From contig NC_045696.1 in the NCBI RefSeq assembly GCF_009834535.1, forward strand, positions 115,694,001 to 115,758,000: DNA of 64,000 bases, written 5' to 3'. Below the pieces are notes generated by a model. It had not been told where the DNA came from, did not search any database, and was given only the letters and a program-made list of their open reading frames with translations. Shown one piece after another: positions 1 through 12,561 of this stretch; the first letter of the stretch is position 1, and every line of letters begins with the position of its first letter. This stretch comes from Camelus ferus (Eukaryota). The translations under genes were made by a program, and so were the position numbers.

Positions 1-104
1 TAAATAACCTTCTACCTTAAGAAACCAGAAAAAGAAGAGCAAACTAAATCCAAAGCAAGAAAGAGAAAAATAGCAAAGATGACAATGTGAAAATATCAAT
101 GAAC
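1..104 (+). mobile_element. LINE-1 ORF2 fragment, cut by the window edge
   Basis: AAGAAACCAGAAAAAGAAGAGCAAACTAAATCCAAAGCAAG is typical of L1 ORF2 downstream of the endonuclease domain. Confidence 0.75.
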
Positions 105-1349
105 TTGGGGAAAAAAAATTTTATTGGCATTTTTTTTTTGGCACAGTGTGGGCAAACAAGTGGTTGATTGAAAATAATTTAATCTTCTACTTTTCACCTG
201 TTTGGCACTATTCAGAGGCATTCATAATGAAAATAGAGCAATAGGATTAAATGAGTCATGAAAGACAATAAAAGTCTTACTTTTTCCTCCTAGTTGGAAT
301 ATATTTTGCCTCTAACTATGTATCATTTGCATTTTAGACATAAAAAACATGCATTACAGACTTGGAGGAAGGGACACCTGGGTTAGTTCCTCGTACAAGA
401 CCAGAGAAGTAATGTTGGTAAGGTTACTTCATTGAAATGATTTTAAATAATTTCTCTCAGAGTAACTGCCAATATAATATTTTCATTGATATTATTATTA
501 TGTAAATTCCAAATTCCTACTAGAAATGTATTGAAGTTTGCTTCATGTGTATAGTATTTTCCACTTACTAAGTACTTATAACTACATGATCTCACTAGAA
601 GATGTCACACCATTGGACATCTACAAAGTATACAAAAGTACTTCTACAAGGTACTCTGGTTACTATGATCCTCACCATAACTGCAGAGGGCAAATATTTC
701 ATCTTTTTAATCTTTAATTAATCATTCAAATTCTGCTTGACTTATGAGCAGGAATCTCACCAGTTTCCACTGAGGCATATTTTCTCCAGACCTTTAATTT
801 ATCCAGGTATCCCAGAGGCTTACCCAGTCCAAAGGTAAGTCACCTTTCTCCTGACATCAAGCAGTGGAAGGACTTGAAGGCTAATGAAAGCACTATTGCT
901 GTCATTGTTGGAGCAGTTGCCGCACAGTCCTTTGGAAATTTGTACACAAGAAAATACCAGGTCCACATGTCTACACAGCTCTAACATGGTGCCACTCATG
1001 GACTTCAAATTATAGCTCTTTTAGTTAACACTCACATATGCAGCCAATATTTGCAAAGAAAACTTCTTCTCAAGCATTTGGATTTATAGGAACTGTCAGA
1101 ATTAGCCACACTTAAACCTACACTTGCCCTTAGGAACTCAAGCACGGATTTCCTGCTTCCCTAAGGTGATGTTATTCCAGAAAATGTGCTAAACATTTAG
1201 CCTGCTACCAATCTTGGTTGGAGCTCTGTAGTTCACTAAAGTAATCTCCCTAACACTGAATTAAAAAACCTATTCCTGGTAGCTCTCAGGTTCTTGGATT
1301 ATATATTTCTAAAGGGTAGAGGCTAGCACTTGGGCCAATATTAAACTTT

Positions 1350-1834
1350 ATATTTTTATTTTTAAATGAAATACAGTTATTGTACATTATATAGGATAGA
1401 TGTACAATATTTTGATTTATAATTTTTAAATGTTATACTCTATAGCTATTATAAAATATTGGCTGTGTTCCCCATGTTGGACAATATGTCCTTGTAGCTT
1501 ATTTTTTACATAATAATTTGTATCTCTTACTCCCCTACCCCTATATTGTCCCTCCCTCTTCCCTCTCCTAGTAACCACTAGGTTGATCTCATTTAGTTAA
1601 CATTCACATATATAGCCAATATTCCCAAATACTTGGTAAAAAAATTTGTGAGTCTGCTTCTTTTTTCTTATATTCACTAGTTTGTTGTATTATTGAGATT
1701 TTACATATAAATGATATCATACAGTATTTGTCTTTCCCTGTCTGACTTATTTTACTTAGCATAATGCCCTCCATATCCCTCCATGTTACTGCAAATAACA
1801 AAATTTCATTCTTTTTTATGGCTGAGTAGTATTC

Positions 1835-1877
<43 letters not shown>

Positions 1878-2392
1878 GTGTGTGTATTATCTTCTTTATT
1901 CATCTGTTGATGGACACTTAGTTTGCTTCCATATCTTCTCTTGGTAATTGTAAATAATGCTGCTATGAACATCAAGGTGCACATATTTTTTTTTCAAATT
2001 AGTGTTTTTGTATTTTTATGGATATATACCCAGAAGTGGGATTGCTGGATCATATGGCAACTTTATTTTTAGTTTTTTGAGGAACCTCCATACTGTTCTC
2101 CACAGTGGCTGCACCAATTTATATTCCCATGAATAGTGTACAAGGGTCCCCTTTACTCCACATTCTCACCAACATTTGTTATTTGTGTTCTTTTTGATGA
2201 TATCCATTTTGACAGGAGTGAGGTGACATTTCATTGTGGCTTTGATTTGCATTTCCCTGATCATTAAGATGTTGAGCATCTTTTCATATGCCTGTTGGCC
2301 GTATGCACTTCCTCTTTGGAAGATGTCTATTCAGTTCCTCTGCCCATTTCTTAACTGGGGTTCTTTGGGGTTTTTTTTTTGATGTTGAGTTA
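1350..2392 (-). mobile_element. 5'-truncated LINE-1 (ORF2 C-terminus plus 3'UTR)
   Basis: ORF 1604-1984 has L1 ORF2 motifs ([21 protein letters not shown]). T-rich tail at left. Probable TSD CCAATATTAAACTTT (1335-1349) / CCAATATCATACTTT (2393-2407), 13/15. Confidence 0.92.
1837..1885. repeat. (TG)n microsatellite inside the L1
   Basis: Direct reading; explains the THTHTH run in ORF 1604-1984. Confidence 0.97.
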
Positions 2393-2862
2393 CCAATATC
2401 ATACTTTTTAGGAAATGATCGGGTGATTTAAGTGTTTACATAGTGCCTGCCAAAGCAAGAATTTTAAATAAAATGATGATTTTATGTTAAATGAGAGAAG
2501 CAGAAAGTATTATTCATGTGCTTCCAAGTAGACCCTGGGATTCTTGGGCAAAGTCCTCCTTCCCCTTCACATTTAACACTTGATATACCAGGGGTCACAG
2601 GAGCTGTGGCCTTGTTCATGCCACGAAAGAGTCTGACAAGAGCCAAATATCCATACACGAGCCTATTAAAAGGCTCTTAAATAAGAAGTTCTGATCCAGA
2701 TAAACTAACATCTCAACTGGCAGAACCCAAGGAATGCTGATATTTTTAAAAGACTTCCTTTGAAAAGAACCCTTTATTAAAAATTCTTACTTTGGCAAGT
2801 AGAGTCTTCCCTGTAGAAATACATGATCCGAGAACTATGAGCACTATCAAGAACAGGCTTCT

Positions 2863-3064
2863 ACTCACTAAAATATATAAAACAGATAAGCAACAAGTTT
2901 GTTCTGTAGAGCATGGGGAACTATGTTCAATATCTTGTAGTAACCTTCAATGACCAAGAATCTGAAAAGAGTATATGTATGTGTATATATATGCCTGAAT
3001 CACTATGCTGTACACCAGAAATTGAAACAACATAGTAAACTGATTACACTTCAGTTGAAAAAAA
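2863..3064 (+). mobile_element. Short L1 3'UTR insertion
   Basis: L1 3'UTR text (GAATCACTATGCTGTACACCAGAAATTG), A tail, TSD AAGAACAGGCTTCT (2849-2862) / AAGAATAGGCTTCT (3065-3078). Confidence 0.9.
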
Positions 3065-3859
3065 AAGAATAGGCTTCTCATTCATAGGTCTTTAACATGA
3101 CTCTCACTTTTTCTCTTCCAGATTTATTTACTCATAATAAATGAGTCTAGAGTGAACTATATATCCAAGAATACAAAGACAAGTGGGATTTGTCCATAAG
3201 AAGTTCATATTTCAGGAGACATGTCAATAAGTGGCTAGAAGACTTTAATGGAACTATGAACAGAATGTTAAGGACACACAGAAAGTGGCTGACTGCCTGC
3301 CTGCAAAAAAAAAATCAGAGCAGAAATACAATTTGAGCTGCTTCTAAGTTAGGTGTGAGCTTGGTGGGACTCCACATTCTGCCATGCTCCTAACTAATAG
3401 GGTTGATTTTTTTGATCATGTGTGGTTTGGCATTGTCCCCTTCCCCTCACCCTCCGACCTTCTGGAAGCTAGAGACTTCACAGAAGAAAATAACTTTCTC
3501 AAATAAAGGAAGATTGTTTTTCAAGTAACAACAGAATTATACCTGTGTTTCGATATTAGAACTGATGGATGTGCTCTGAATATTCATTTGGAAAAGCTAC
3601 TGAATGATTCCTCAGGTGGAGATGAGGCAGAAAGTCATTTCACGCAGAGGGAAATATAAATATATATAACTATATATTTCTCTAAAATATATATATGCAA
3701 AAATATACATGTGCAAAAAATATATAAGTATATATAGTTCTCTAAAATATACAGAAGGGCATTAAAGGAGGTAGCAGGTTTAGGAATAAATAAAATAATT
3801 TCACTAGGTTTATTAAAAGAGAACCTATCATTGCTTACTGTAGGAGGATAAGAAAGATT

Positions 3860-4740
3860 TAAAGGTGGAGGAGAGAAGTTGTGAGCTAAGTCTGGAAAGA
3901 CAGATTGTGAGGTCTTCCTGTGCATAATGAGAGCAAAAAAATAAAGGTTGTATTCAAGGAAGACATGCAGTCATGTTTGTTTTTTAGGAAGATAATTACC
4001 TAGACAGTCTGCAAATATGGAAGATGGACTAAAATGGGAAGGAATGTTGACAGGAAGGTCAGCTAGGAGAGTGTTGCAATGAGGAAAGTGGAAATAGGGA
4101 TATTGATCATATAGTAACATTTAATGTAAAAAAGCAACTGGATTTGAAATTCTGTGAATTGGGCAACATAGGTGACTGATTCAATTATATGGGGAAATGA
4201 AGGGAGAGTCTCTCTTGGATAAGTTGATGGATGGTGATTGCATGATCCAGGACAGTGAGTAAAAGATAAAGAGTAAATTGTGATGGATGATTGAGAACAG
4301 ACAGTTGGGCACGTTCTGTTTTAGAAGGGGACTCTGATGGGGCACAGTAGGAAATTGAAAGTGTGAGTCTGGAGCTTTGCATACAATGTTTAACAAGAGA
4401 GTCAAACATGAGTAGTTGTCAATATAAATACAGTAGCCACAGTCATGGCTGTCTAAGAGAAAACATAGGAAAAGAGTTTGGAATGAGATGAATAAAAGGT
4501 CTTGGATGAGACCTGGAGAGCAACATTAAACTGGTGACAGTGAAAGAAAACCCAAAGGAGGAAACTGAAAATATCTAGTTAGGAATGTAGGAACACGAAA
4601 TTTCCCTTTAAAATGAGCTTTCATTCATTGAGTCATTCTACACCAGTTACTGTGTGCTTACCACATGCCAGGCACTTGCTAGAACTGGGAAGAAAATTAT
4701 GCACAAGGAAAACATATTTCCCGCTTGTAAAGGGTTTGCA
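3860..4740 (-). mobile_element. Degraded L2 fragments
   Basis: Purine-rich antisense L2-like text, with an L2 3' end signature at about 4620-4700 (TTCATTCATT...TGCCAGGCAC). Confidence 0.55.
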
Positions 4741-5329
4741 TAAAAGAAAGAATGTGTCTGCAGGAAAATGAGTTCAAGTTTAGATAGTCTTAAATTGAAT
4801 GAAAAAATTAAAAGGATTATACGAAAATAGAAAAAGACTAGACAAGAAAATAGAGGCTTTTAAAAGACAAACAGAAGAGGAGGGAAGAATGGAGAATTAA
4901 AGAAAAAGTAAAAATACAGGAAGTAGAAGAAGAATCAGAAGAAAATTGTTTCCAAAATATGAAGAGATTAAAGTCTTTCATAAAACATTGTGGTAATGAA
5001 AACAGTCAGTGGGATTTGTTAAAGTGGTGGTTATTGGTATCTTTAGAGAGAGTATTTGTAATAAAGAGGAGGCCATGAGCAAATTATATTGTGTTGAAAA
5101 AGAAAGGGGAAACATGTTAACTGGATACAAGCATTTATTTCTATACCTTCCTGAATTGATATTTAAAAAAGCATAAAGCACCCAGGACTGGGAGAATATG
5201 GGAAAATAGTAACACCAACATCTTTGTGGCTGAAAAGCATTTAAATGATTAATAATAATTGAGATAATGAAGAGACTTGAAACCAAAGTGCATGGTTGCA
5301 GAGAAGGCCAAAAATCTGATCCGGTCTCT

Positions 5330-6030
5330 AGATGTGACCACCTGTTTACAGAAAATGCAAGAGATGGATAGGTATGTTAAATGACACCATGGGAATACTC
5401 TCACCAAAATACAGATTGTGAAAAATTCTGCAAGAAAATTTATTCTGTTTTTTCAACAGACAAATATCAACAAATAAAGTGGATGAGAAGAAACTGTTAC
5501 AGATTAAAAGAGAACTGCCATGTGTGGGATTTGTCTAGATACAGATTTAAACAAAATATCTATTGGGGGAAGGTATAGCTCAAACTGTAGTGCACATGGT
5601 TAGCATGCAGGAGGTCCTGTGTTCAATCCCCATGTACCTCCATTAAAAAATGATAGTAAATAAATGAATGGACCTAATGATCCCCCAAAAAGTAAAATAA
5701 AAAAAAATTTTTAAATAGGTTTAAAAGTTTCTTAGAAGACAATTTAGAACAGTTGAACATCAACTCGGTATTTTATGAAGTTATTTTTTATTTTGTATAT
5801 GTGAAATTTGTACTGTGTCTATGTTCTCAATAGGACTGATCTTTTAGAGTAACATGCTGAGGGATTTCTGAATGAAACATGAGTGAGTTTAATGTGGTGG
5901 TGGGATTGGGAAAGGGCAGGAGTTGGAGGGATATAAGTGGACTATGTGTTGATATTTGTTAAATCTCGTAATTTGAAACTTTTCTCTGTTGTGATTGCTT
6001 GAAATATTTACAGCAGGAGGATTTAAGAAA
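5330..6030 (+). mobile_element. Ancient L1 (L1ME-like) 3' region interrupted by a SINE
   Basis: Resembles an old L1 3'UTR (ACAGATTAAAAGAGA..TGTGTGGGATTTG); heavily diverged. Confidence 0.5.
5565..5707 (+). mobile_element. Vic-1-type camelid tRNA-derived SINE
   Basis: GGGGAAGGTATAGCTCAA (A box) ... GTCCTGTGTTCAATCCCC (B box) ... AAATAAAT..CCTAAT..CCCCC, then A tail. Confidence 0.88.
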
Positions 6031-6351
6031 GAGTCAAGCAAAATGATCTAAAACATACAAATAAAAAATGAGCAATAATGAGGAATTAAATGAGTTAACT
6101 CTAAATACGCTGGAGAAGTTTATCATTGAAAGGAATATACAACAGTGTCAAAGTGTAGATTTGCTTATTCATTCATTTATATAATATTTACTGAAGCCTA
6201 GGCAATGTGTTAGGTAAGAAGAATATACATAAAAAGCTGAATTTATGACAAAGTACACAATCCAGAGAAGAATGTTCCTTTAGAAGTTATTGCAATTCAG
6301 AAATGTGAGAAATCACTGAGTGTCAAAGAGCTGTCAGTGTAGCATCCAGAG

Positions 6352-8810
6352 CTGTCCTATCCAATATGGTAACCACAGAGCCACATGTGGATACTGAACA
6401 TGTGAATGTGGCTAGAAGACTGAGAACTTAACTTTTAATTCAAATCAATTTTAGTTTATTTACATTTAAAAATATTTCAGCAATGTAAAATATTCTGGGA
6501 TTATGCAACTTTATTAGTTTGGTAGAACAGCATTTCACTTAAACTGTTGGATCGTGTAAGACATTATTGCTATTTTATGGTGCACATGTTGAAAACATTC
6601 ATCATTTCTAGTATTACACATAAACCTGTCATCAATCCAGTTGCTGTCTATCGATTGACTCGATCTGAATGACTTATATTTCTATACACCAATGTAACAC
6701 TGCAGTGTGTTTATTTGAATATTTTTGGCAGAGAGAGTTGCAGCAGTACCCGTGTAAGCTGTAACTGGCGATTAAATTGAAATGTTTATTATACTTACAA
6801 TTGCAGTTCAATTATTTTAATTAAAAATAAATATGGCAGTTAAAATTAGCTGCAGCAGAGCAAAATGAAAAAGTTGCTTGATTCACAAAAACAATCTTAG
6901 AGATAATACATTTTATAAGAAATTTTATCTTAATAGCCAAAAAAAGAATTGAAAAAGTTCATTATCTAAAATAAAAATTAAATGTCCCCAAATTTTATAG
7001 ATTTATTGTTAACAGAATCTAAGATTATTACATTGGCTACCCATAAAACAGCTTGGATTTTTGTGCACACACACAAAAATTCATTTTTAGATCAAGAGAT
7101 GGTAAAATAAATCATTATTTCAGTTATGAAAACTTAGTGAATCATAAGGAAAAGATTTCAACTTTTAAAAATTGAAATATCTTCAGTTAGCATCAAATAA
7201 TTGCCCATAGTACAACTTTCCAATAATATTAAAGATCAGTTGATTCAAAATTTAAAAGATTACAAGAACTTTTTATTTTTTTGCCTCAGAGGAGTCATGG
7301 AATATAAAACACACTACCCAATTAAATATTTGGGCATGTTTTGTCTCAATGGACTATCAAATTTATGAGGCAATGCTGTCAATTTTCAGTCTAAAATATC
7401 GACCTCTGGGCGTACATCCTTTTGAATATCTTACATCTTCCAAACAATGATTTCAGCTAGATATAAAAAAACAAAAACTTCTTGGTGGGGAGAGTATAAT
7501 TGAGTGATAGAGTGAGTGCTTAGCATGCATGAAGTCCTGCATTCAATCCATAAGTAAATAAACTACCTCCCCTCTCTCAAAAAAAACCTTCCTTCCAAAA
7601 AAGAAAAAAAGAGGAAAAAAATTCTTTTTTTTATTACTATGAAGGATGTTCTATATTAGGTCAACAGCCTGGATTTATTGAAATTTTAAAGCAAGAGATT
7701 GATAGTTCTCTTATTGCTTCATTGCACTGTATGATACACGGTGGAAATATTTATGCTTAGGTTTTTGAAGCAGACTATGAAAAAAGCCATAAACATATGA
7801 ATCATAGCCAGTGTTTGGAACTTCTGAAAAAAATAAGACAATATATTTAAGGGTCTTCAGTTCTTTGCCAGTGCTCATTGGTTGAGCCATGAATGAGTTT
7901 TTAAAAGATTTACTGTACTGTTAACTCAAATTTCAATTTTTCTTGAAGCATAAAAGTACTTGCCAAATATTCAATAATCAAAGGCAAATATGGCAATATA
8001 ATTTAGGATTTTTGCATTGCATATGAACAAACTAAATTTAAAGCTTCAAAGACAGGAAGAGTTTATTTGTGGGCAGGCTAGAGGTACCAGAATATTTTTT
8101 GAAATTAAGACTTTCAAAAATATAAATCAGTGATATTAATTTTATAAACTTTTCTAACATAAATCAATGTGCACAATGAACTGTGCTATGTAAATCAGCT
8201 GTAAAACTATAAGAATGGTTTTAAAAGGCTTTGTTCATATTGTCAAATTCAGAACTGCCCTTCAATTTTTGGAGTGCCTCTTTGAATTCAATGCTAATAA
8301 TCTCATATTGACACAAGTGTCATGAATTTACTTAACTTGGACAGATAAAGTTTTAAAATGGATATGCTTTTGCTTCAGAGTCAAACTGACATTCTTATAA
8401 AAGATGAACGTGTTTTATCAATATAGATTTAAATATTAAAAGAAAATTACTTCTTGGTATTCACGTCAACTGTTGGAGAACTTTTATTTATGCTGGGGAT
8501 GACTTGAGTATGTATATCTAATCTTTCAACTACAAATGTTATGAAACATAAATAGAGATCAAGTATATCCAATAAAAATTCAGTATCTGAACTGAGATGT
8601 GCAGGAGGTTTAAAATACATATCAGATTTTAAAGACTTTGTACAAAAAATAAATACCTCTGTAATTTTGAAATTATAATATTTTAGATTTATTGGGTTAA
8701 ATAAAATATACTATTAATATTAATTATACATGTTTATTTTTACTCTCTTAATGTGGGTATCAGAAAATGGTAAAGTAAATACATGGCTCACAGTATTTTT
8801 CTATGGGATG
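6352..8810 (+). mobile_element. Near full-length Charlie5-type hAT DNA transposon fossil (MER3/MER33-like ends), pseudogenised transposase on +
   Basis: Left end CTGTCCTATCCAATATGGTAACCAC..GCCACATGTGG; right end resembles the MER33 terminus. Internal peptides FASEESWNIKHTTQLNIW, HCMIH, AHWLSH and RSSISNKNSVSELRCA are broken by stops and frameshifts. Confidence 0.88.
7484..7620 (+). mobile_element. Vic-1-type SINE nested in the hAT fossil
   Basis: GGGGAGAGTATAATTGAGTGATAGAG..CTTAGCATGCATGAAGTCCTGCATTCAATCC, A-rich tail, TSD-like AAAAACTTCTT / AAAAAATTCTT. Confidence 0.85.
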
Positions 8811-9703
8811 ATTTAGACCTAGGGAATGCATATGGTTAGAACACATATATAGCAACATAAAAGAACATACCAATACTTACCTTCTGGTACCAGAAACTAG
8901 TTAAAAACTATCTATGCTTAAAGTAATACTTTCATATGAGTAGAGATGAGAGAAAAATAAGAAATAAAATAATAAAATTTCTAGATAGGAAGTAGGAATA
9001 CAGAACAGAGAAGAGAAGAAAGATAAAATACAGGGAGGAGGCTCGAGATGAAGTCAACAGAAATTCCAAATGGACATTTTAAGAAACACCCAAACTAACA
9101 ACGAATATATTTTGTCTTTAATATGGATTTATAACATGAACACACACATCCAGCATAACTGAATTTTTTTTCCTAGGAAAGTCTACTATATACATTAATG
9201 CTTTGTGTGAGTGTTATCTTTGGAAGAAACCAAATATTGACTGTGTTCTGCATCTAGTCTTCAGTAATGTATAAACGAGGTGCCATACGTGGGATAGGAA
9301 AGGTCTTCCCCAAATTCAGTGGGTGTCACAGATCAGAGCCAGAATTAAATAGGAAAAACACAAGTCACTCACTTTCTCTACTCCAGGATGCATAGAAAAC
9401 ACAAAAAAGATACAGAGCTTCAAGCACATGTAAGTCTGTGTTCACAAAATTATGTTTGCATTAAGAATAGCACGCTTAGTTGATTTCTGTGACTCATTTC
9501 TAGCTAATTATTTTTTTCCATTGCAGAATTTGCATTGATTCTCATGTCGACTTTAGTTACTAATATTTTTACTTTCAACTAGTTTCTTTAACCAAAGGCA
9601 GAAAGTATTCTAAAAATATTTTCTCTGAAAATCAACTCCAGAAAAAAGTTTGAGTGAGAAGTTTAAAAATGGATCAGATTAGGTATCCTTACTACAATAG
9701 AGA

Positions 9704-10130
9704 TTGTTAGTTTTTCCCATAAAAATATGTTCTTCCTTGTCTCCCATAGCAATAGCATCCCCAGTTTTAAGCAGGCACATGACCTTTTATGATAATGAGC
9801 ATGTTTCTCAACTTCCCTTAGATCCAGCTATGGATATACTAAGTTCCAACCAAAGGGATGAGAGCAGAAGTAATATGGTGATGTGTGCACTTGTACGGCA
9901 CACCCTTCCCTTCACCTTCTCATTCTCTGTAATACGGATTGTACATAGTCTTGATTGACAGCAGTACCCTAGAAATGCAAGAGCAGGAGCTGGGTCTGGG
10001 TCTCAGCACTGTGAAAAAATTCATGTAGCTCTGAACCATTTATGCACATATTGTTACATTATTTTAAACAATTGTTTTGTGGTTTAAGCCATCATTAGTT
10101 TGATTCTCTGTTAAAAGAGCTACCCTTAAA
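9704..10130 (+). mobile_element. Old MaLR solo LTR (MLT1J/K-like)
   Basis: ACTAAGTTCCAACCAAAGGGATGAGAGCAGAAGT and GTTTAAGCCATCATT resemble MLT1 LTR landmarks. Confidence 0.65.
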
Positions 10131-10879
10131 CCTGCCATGCTGCTCACACTTTCGCATTTCAGAAACCAGTATGCGTTTTGTTTATGTGTTTCCACGATAT
10201 TTTTAGAAATTTCATATAATCAGCTTTATACATGTCTATTAAGAATACAAATTGAAGGGTGGGAATAACCAGAAATAAGGCGTTTATCTTAATATGGCTG
10301 GCAAGATAAATACGCAGATGACTGAAGCTTTTTCATGATAGTCTGCAAGGTTCTGGCCAAGAGAATTTAACCAATTTGCTTAGTGTTTCCTCTCTGAGTA
10401 GAAATTTTCTGTTGTGTAATTCACCTTACTAATATTTGCTTTTATCTGTAAATGTAATTCTGAGAACTATCCCAATCAGCACTAGTGTCTTCGGTTCAAA
10501 CACTCTATAACCACCCTAATTTTACCCTATGACATTTACCCTCATCTAAAGCCTCTCAGGTAAGAGGCTCTCCCCAGGCTTTTAGTTTCCTGATCTCTGG
10601 CTTTGTATCTGCACATTGCATTGAGAGATGAATGGCACACAGAGGTTTATTATTTGACACATATATATGAACAATTGAAAATGAATTAGTGATTAACTGG
10701 CAGCTCTGTTTGCTATGGAAAGGAAAGCAATTCTTTATCAGTACTGAAAAGAGGCTGCCAAGAGGTGATGCTCAAAATAGAACTGTCACACAGTTTGGAG
10801 GACTTCCATCAACATACCATAAGGAGAAAGAAGAGAGAGGACGGACAAGATCAGGGAGGGGTCAACCAGAATTGAATCT

Positions 10880-12440
10880 TCACTCATTCACTCACTCATC
10901 ATCCATCCATTCATTTATTCATTCATAAATATTAGAGAACGTCCAAAGTGTGCCAAGAACTGTGCTGTAGTCTCAATGTTTGTATTTCCCTCCAAACTCA
11001 TATGTTGAAATCCTAATGCCCAACGTGACAGTGTTAGGAGACGGGACCTTTGGGAGGTGCTTAGGTCATGGTGGGGAGCCCTCATGAATGGGATTAGTGC
11101 TCTTATAAAAAGTAATCTGGAGATCTCATTGGCCCCTCCGCCATGTGAAGACACAACTAGAACTTGGTAGTCTGTAGCCCGGGAGAGGGACTCTGCCAGA
11201 ACTCAACCATGCTGGCCCTCTGATCGTGGACTTCCAGCCCCAGACACTGATAAGTAAGTCTTGTTACTTACAAGCTACCTGGTCTGTGGTGTTTTGTTAC
11301 AGCAGCCCAAACAGACTAAGACAGACTGTTTAAATGCTTGAGAAATGGCAGTGAAAAAAAAAAAAAAGAACAGTCTTTTCCCTCAGATAGCTGATATTTT
11401 AGAGATGGAGACAGACATCTAAAAATTAATCACCTAATTATTTAAATTACTTTTTAAAAGGACTGTGAAGAGAAATGCATGCTTTAATGAATGTCTACCC
11501 AGTGACACTGACTGGGTTTGGAAGGTCATAAAAGGTTTTCTAGAGAGATCAGTGTTTAAACTGAGCTCTGAAGCAGATGATAATCAGGAAAAGCTGGAAA
11601 GGGGGAGCCCTTCCAGCAGGATGAAAGCACACAGGAAAGCCTGAGCCAGAAAGGAAAAAAGCTTCTAAGGAACTGAAGTTGACTTCCATGGCTAGCATGA
11701 GGAGAGCGGGGAGGGGGGAGGATATTAGTACCAGGTGACGCCGGAGAAGGAGGAGGGCCCAACCAAGCCTGGCCTCGGAGGCCATGCTGATGAGTTAGCA
11801 TTTATTCTAAAGACAATACAAAGTATTTAAATCTTTTAGATGAGTTAGTATTTATTCTAAAGACAATAAAAATTATTTTTTTAATACTGATGAGTAAATA
11901 CTAATGAGTAATACTAATGAGTAAATGTTTTAGCACAGTGATGGTGGTGTGTGCGTATTCATGAGATGACAATTATATTTCGTATATTGTATTATTATAT
12001 TATCATATTTATATTCTATAAAATATATATTTTATTACATGTAATGTATTATGTAAAATATAATACTATTCTATTACATTTTATATATAATGATATTTTG
12101 GGTTTCACCTTGGCTGCAGAATGGAGAATAAGAGAGGAGAGAAGATAAAATAAAAAAGGTCCATTAAGGACATCGGCCAGCTGAGAAATGATAGAAGTGT
12201 GGGTATGGATGTTGATAGGGCAGGTGGTTCCACTTACTCAGAAGTGACAGGATTTTAGATATGGTAGATTACAGAGGAAGGGGAGCCATAGATAACTTTT
12301 AAGTGTCTAACTTTCATAATCAGATATAAAATATGATCATTCACTGGGAAAGAGTGCACTGGAGGAGGCGTGGCTTTAGTAGGAAGATAATGAATTAAAC
12401 TTTGAACATTCCAGCAGGATGCCTGGGTGGATCGTTAAGA
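10880..12440 (-). mobile_element. L2 (3' end at left), split by an MLT1A LTR
   Basis: (CATT)n-like tail then GTGCCAAG; the L2 text resumes after 11323. Confidence 0.7.
10963..11323 (+). mobile_element. MaLR solo LTR (MLT1A-like)
   Basis: TG...CA ends; CTCATATGTTGAAATCCTAA, CCCTCATGAATGGGATTAGTGC and GCAGCCCAAACAGACTAAGACA; 5-bp TSD AACTG / GACTG. Confidence 0.92.
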
Positions 12441-12561
12441 AGGCAGACATACATACTGGTCTGAACTGTTAAGAGACATCTGGTAGGAGGAGAGAAAGAG
12501 AGGGAGAGAAAGAGACAAAGAGGGAGGGGAAAACACTCCATGTGCAGATGGTGAGTAGAGC

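Noticed and set aside
770..1008. Open frames and donor-like sites on both strands (AAG|GTAAGT on +, TGG|GTAAGC on -)
   Set aside because: No recognisable protein and no consistent partner exons.
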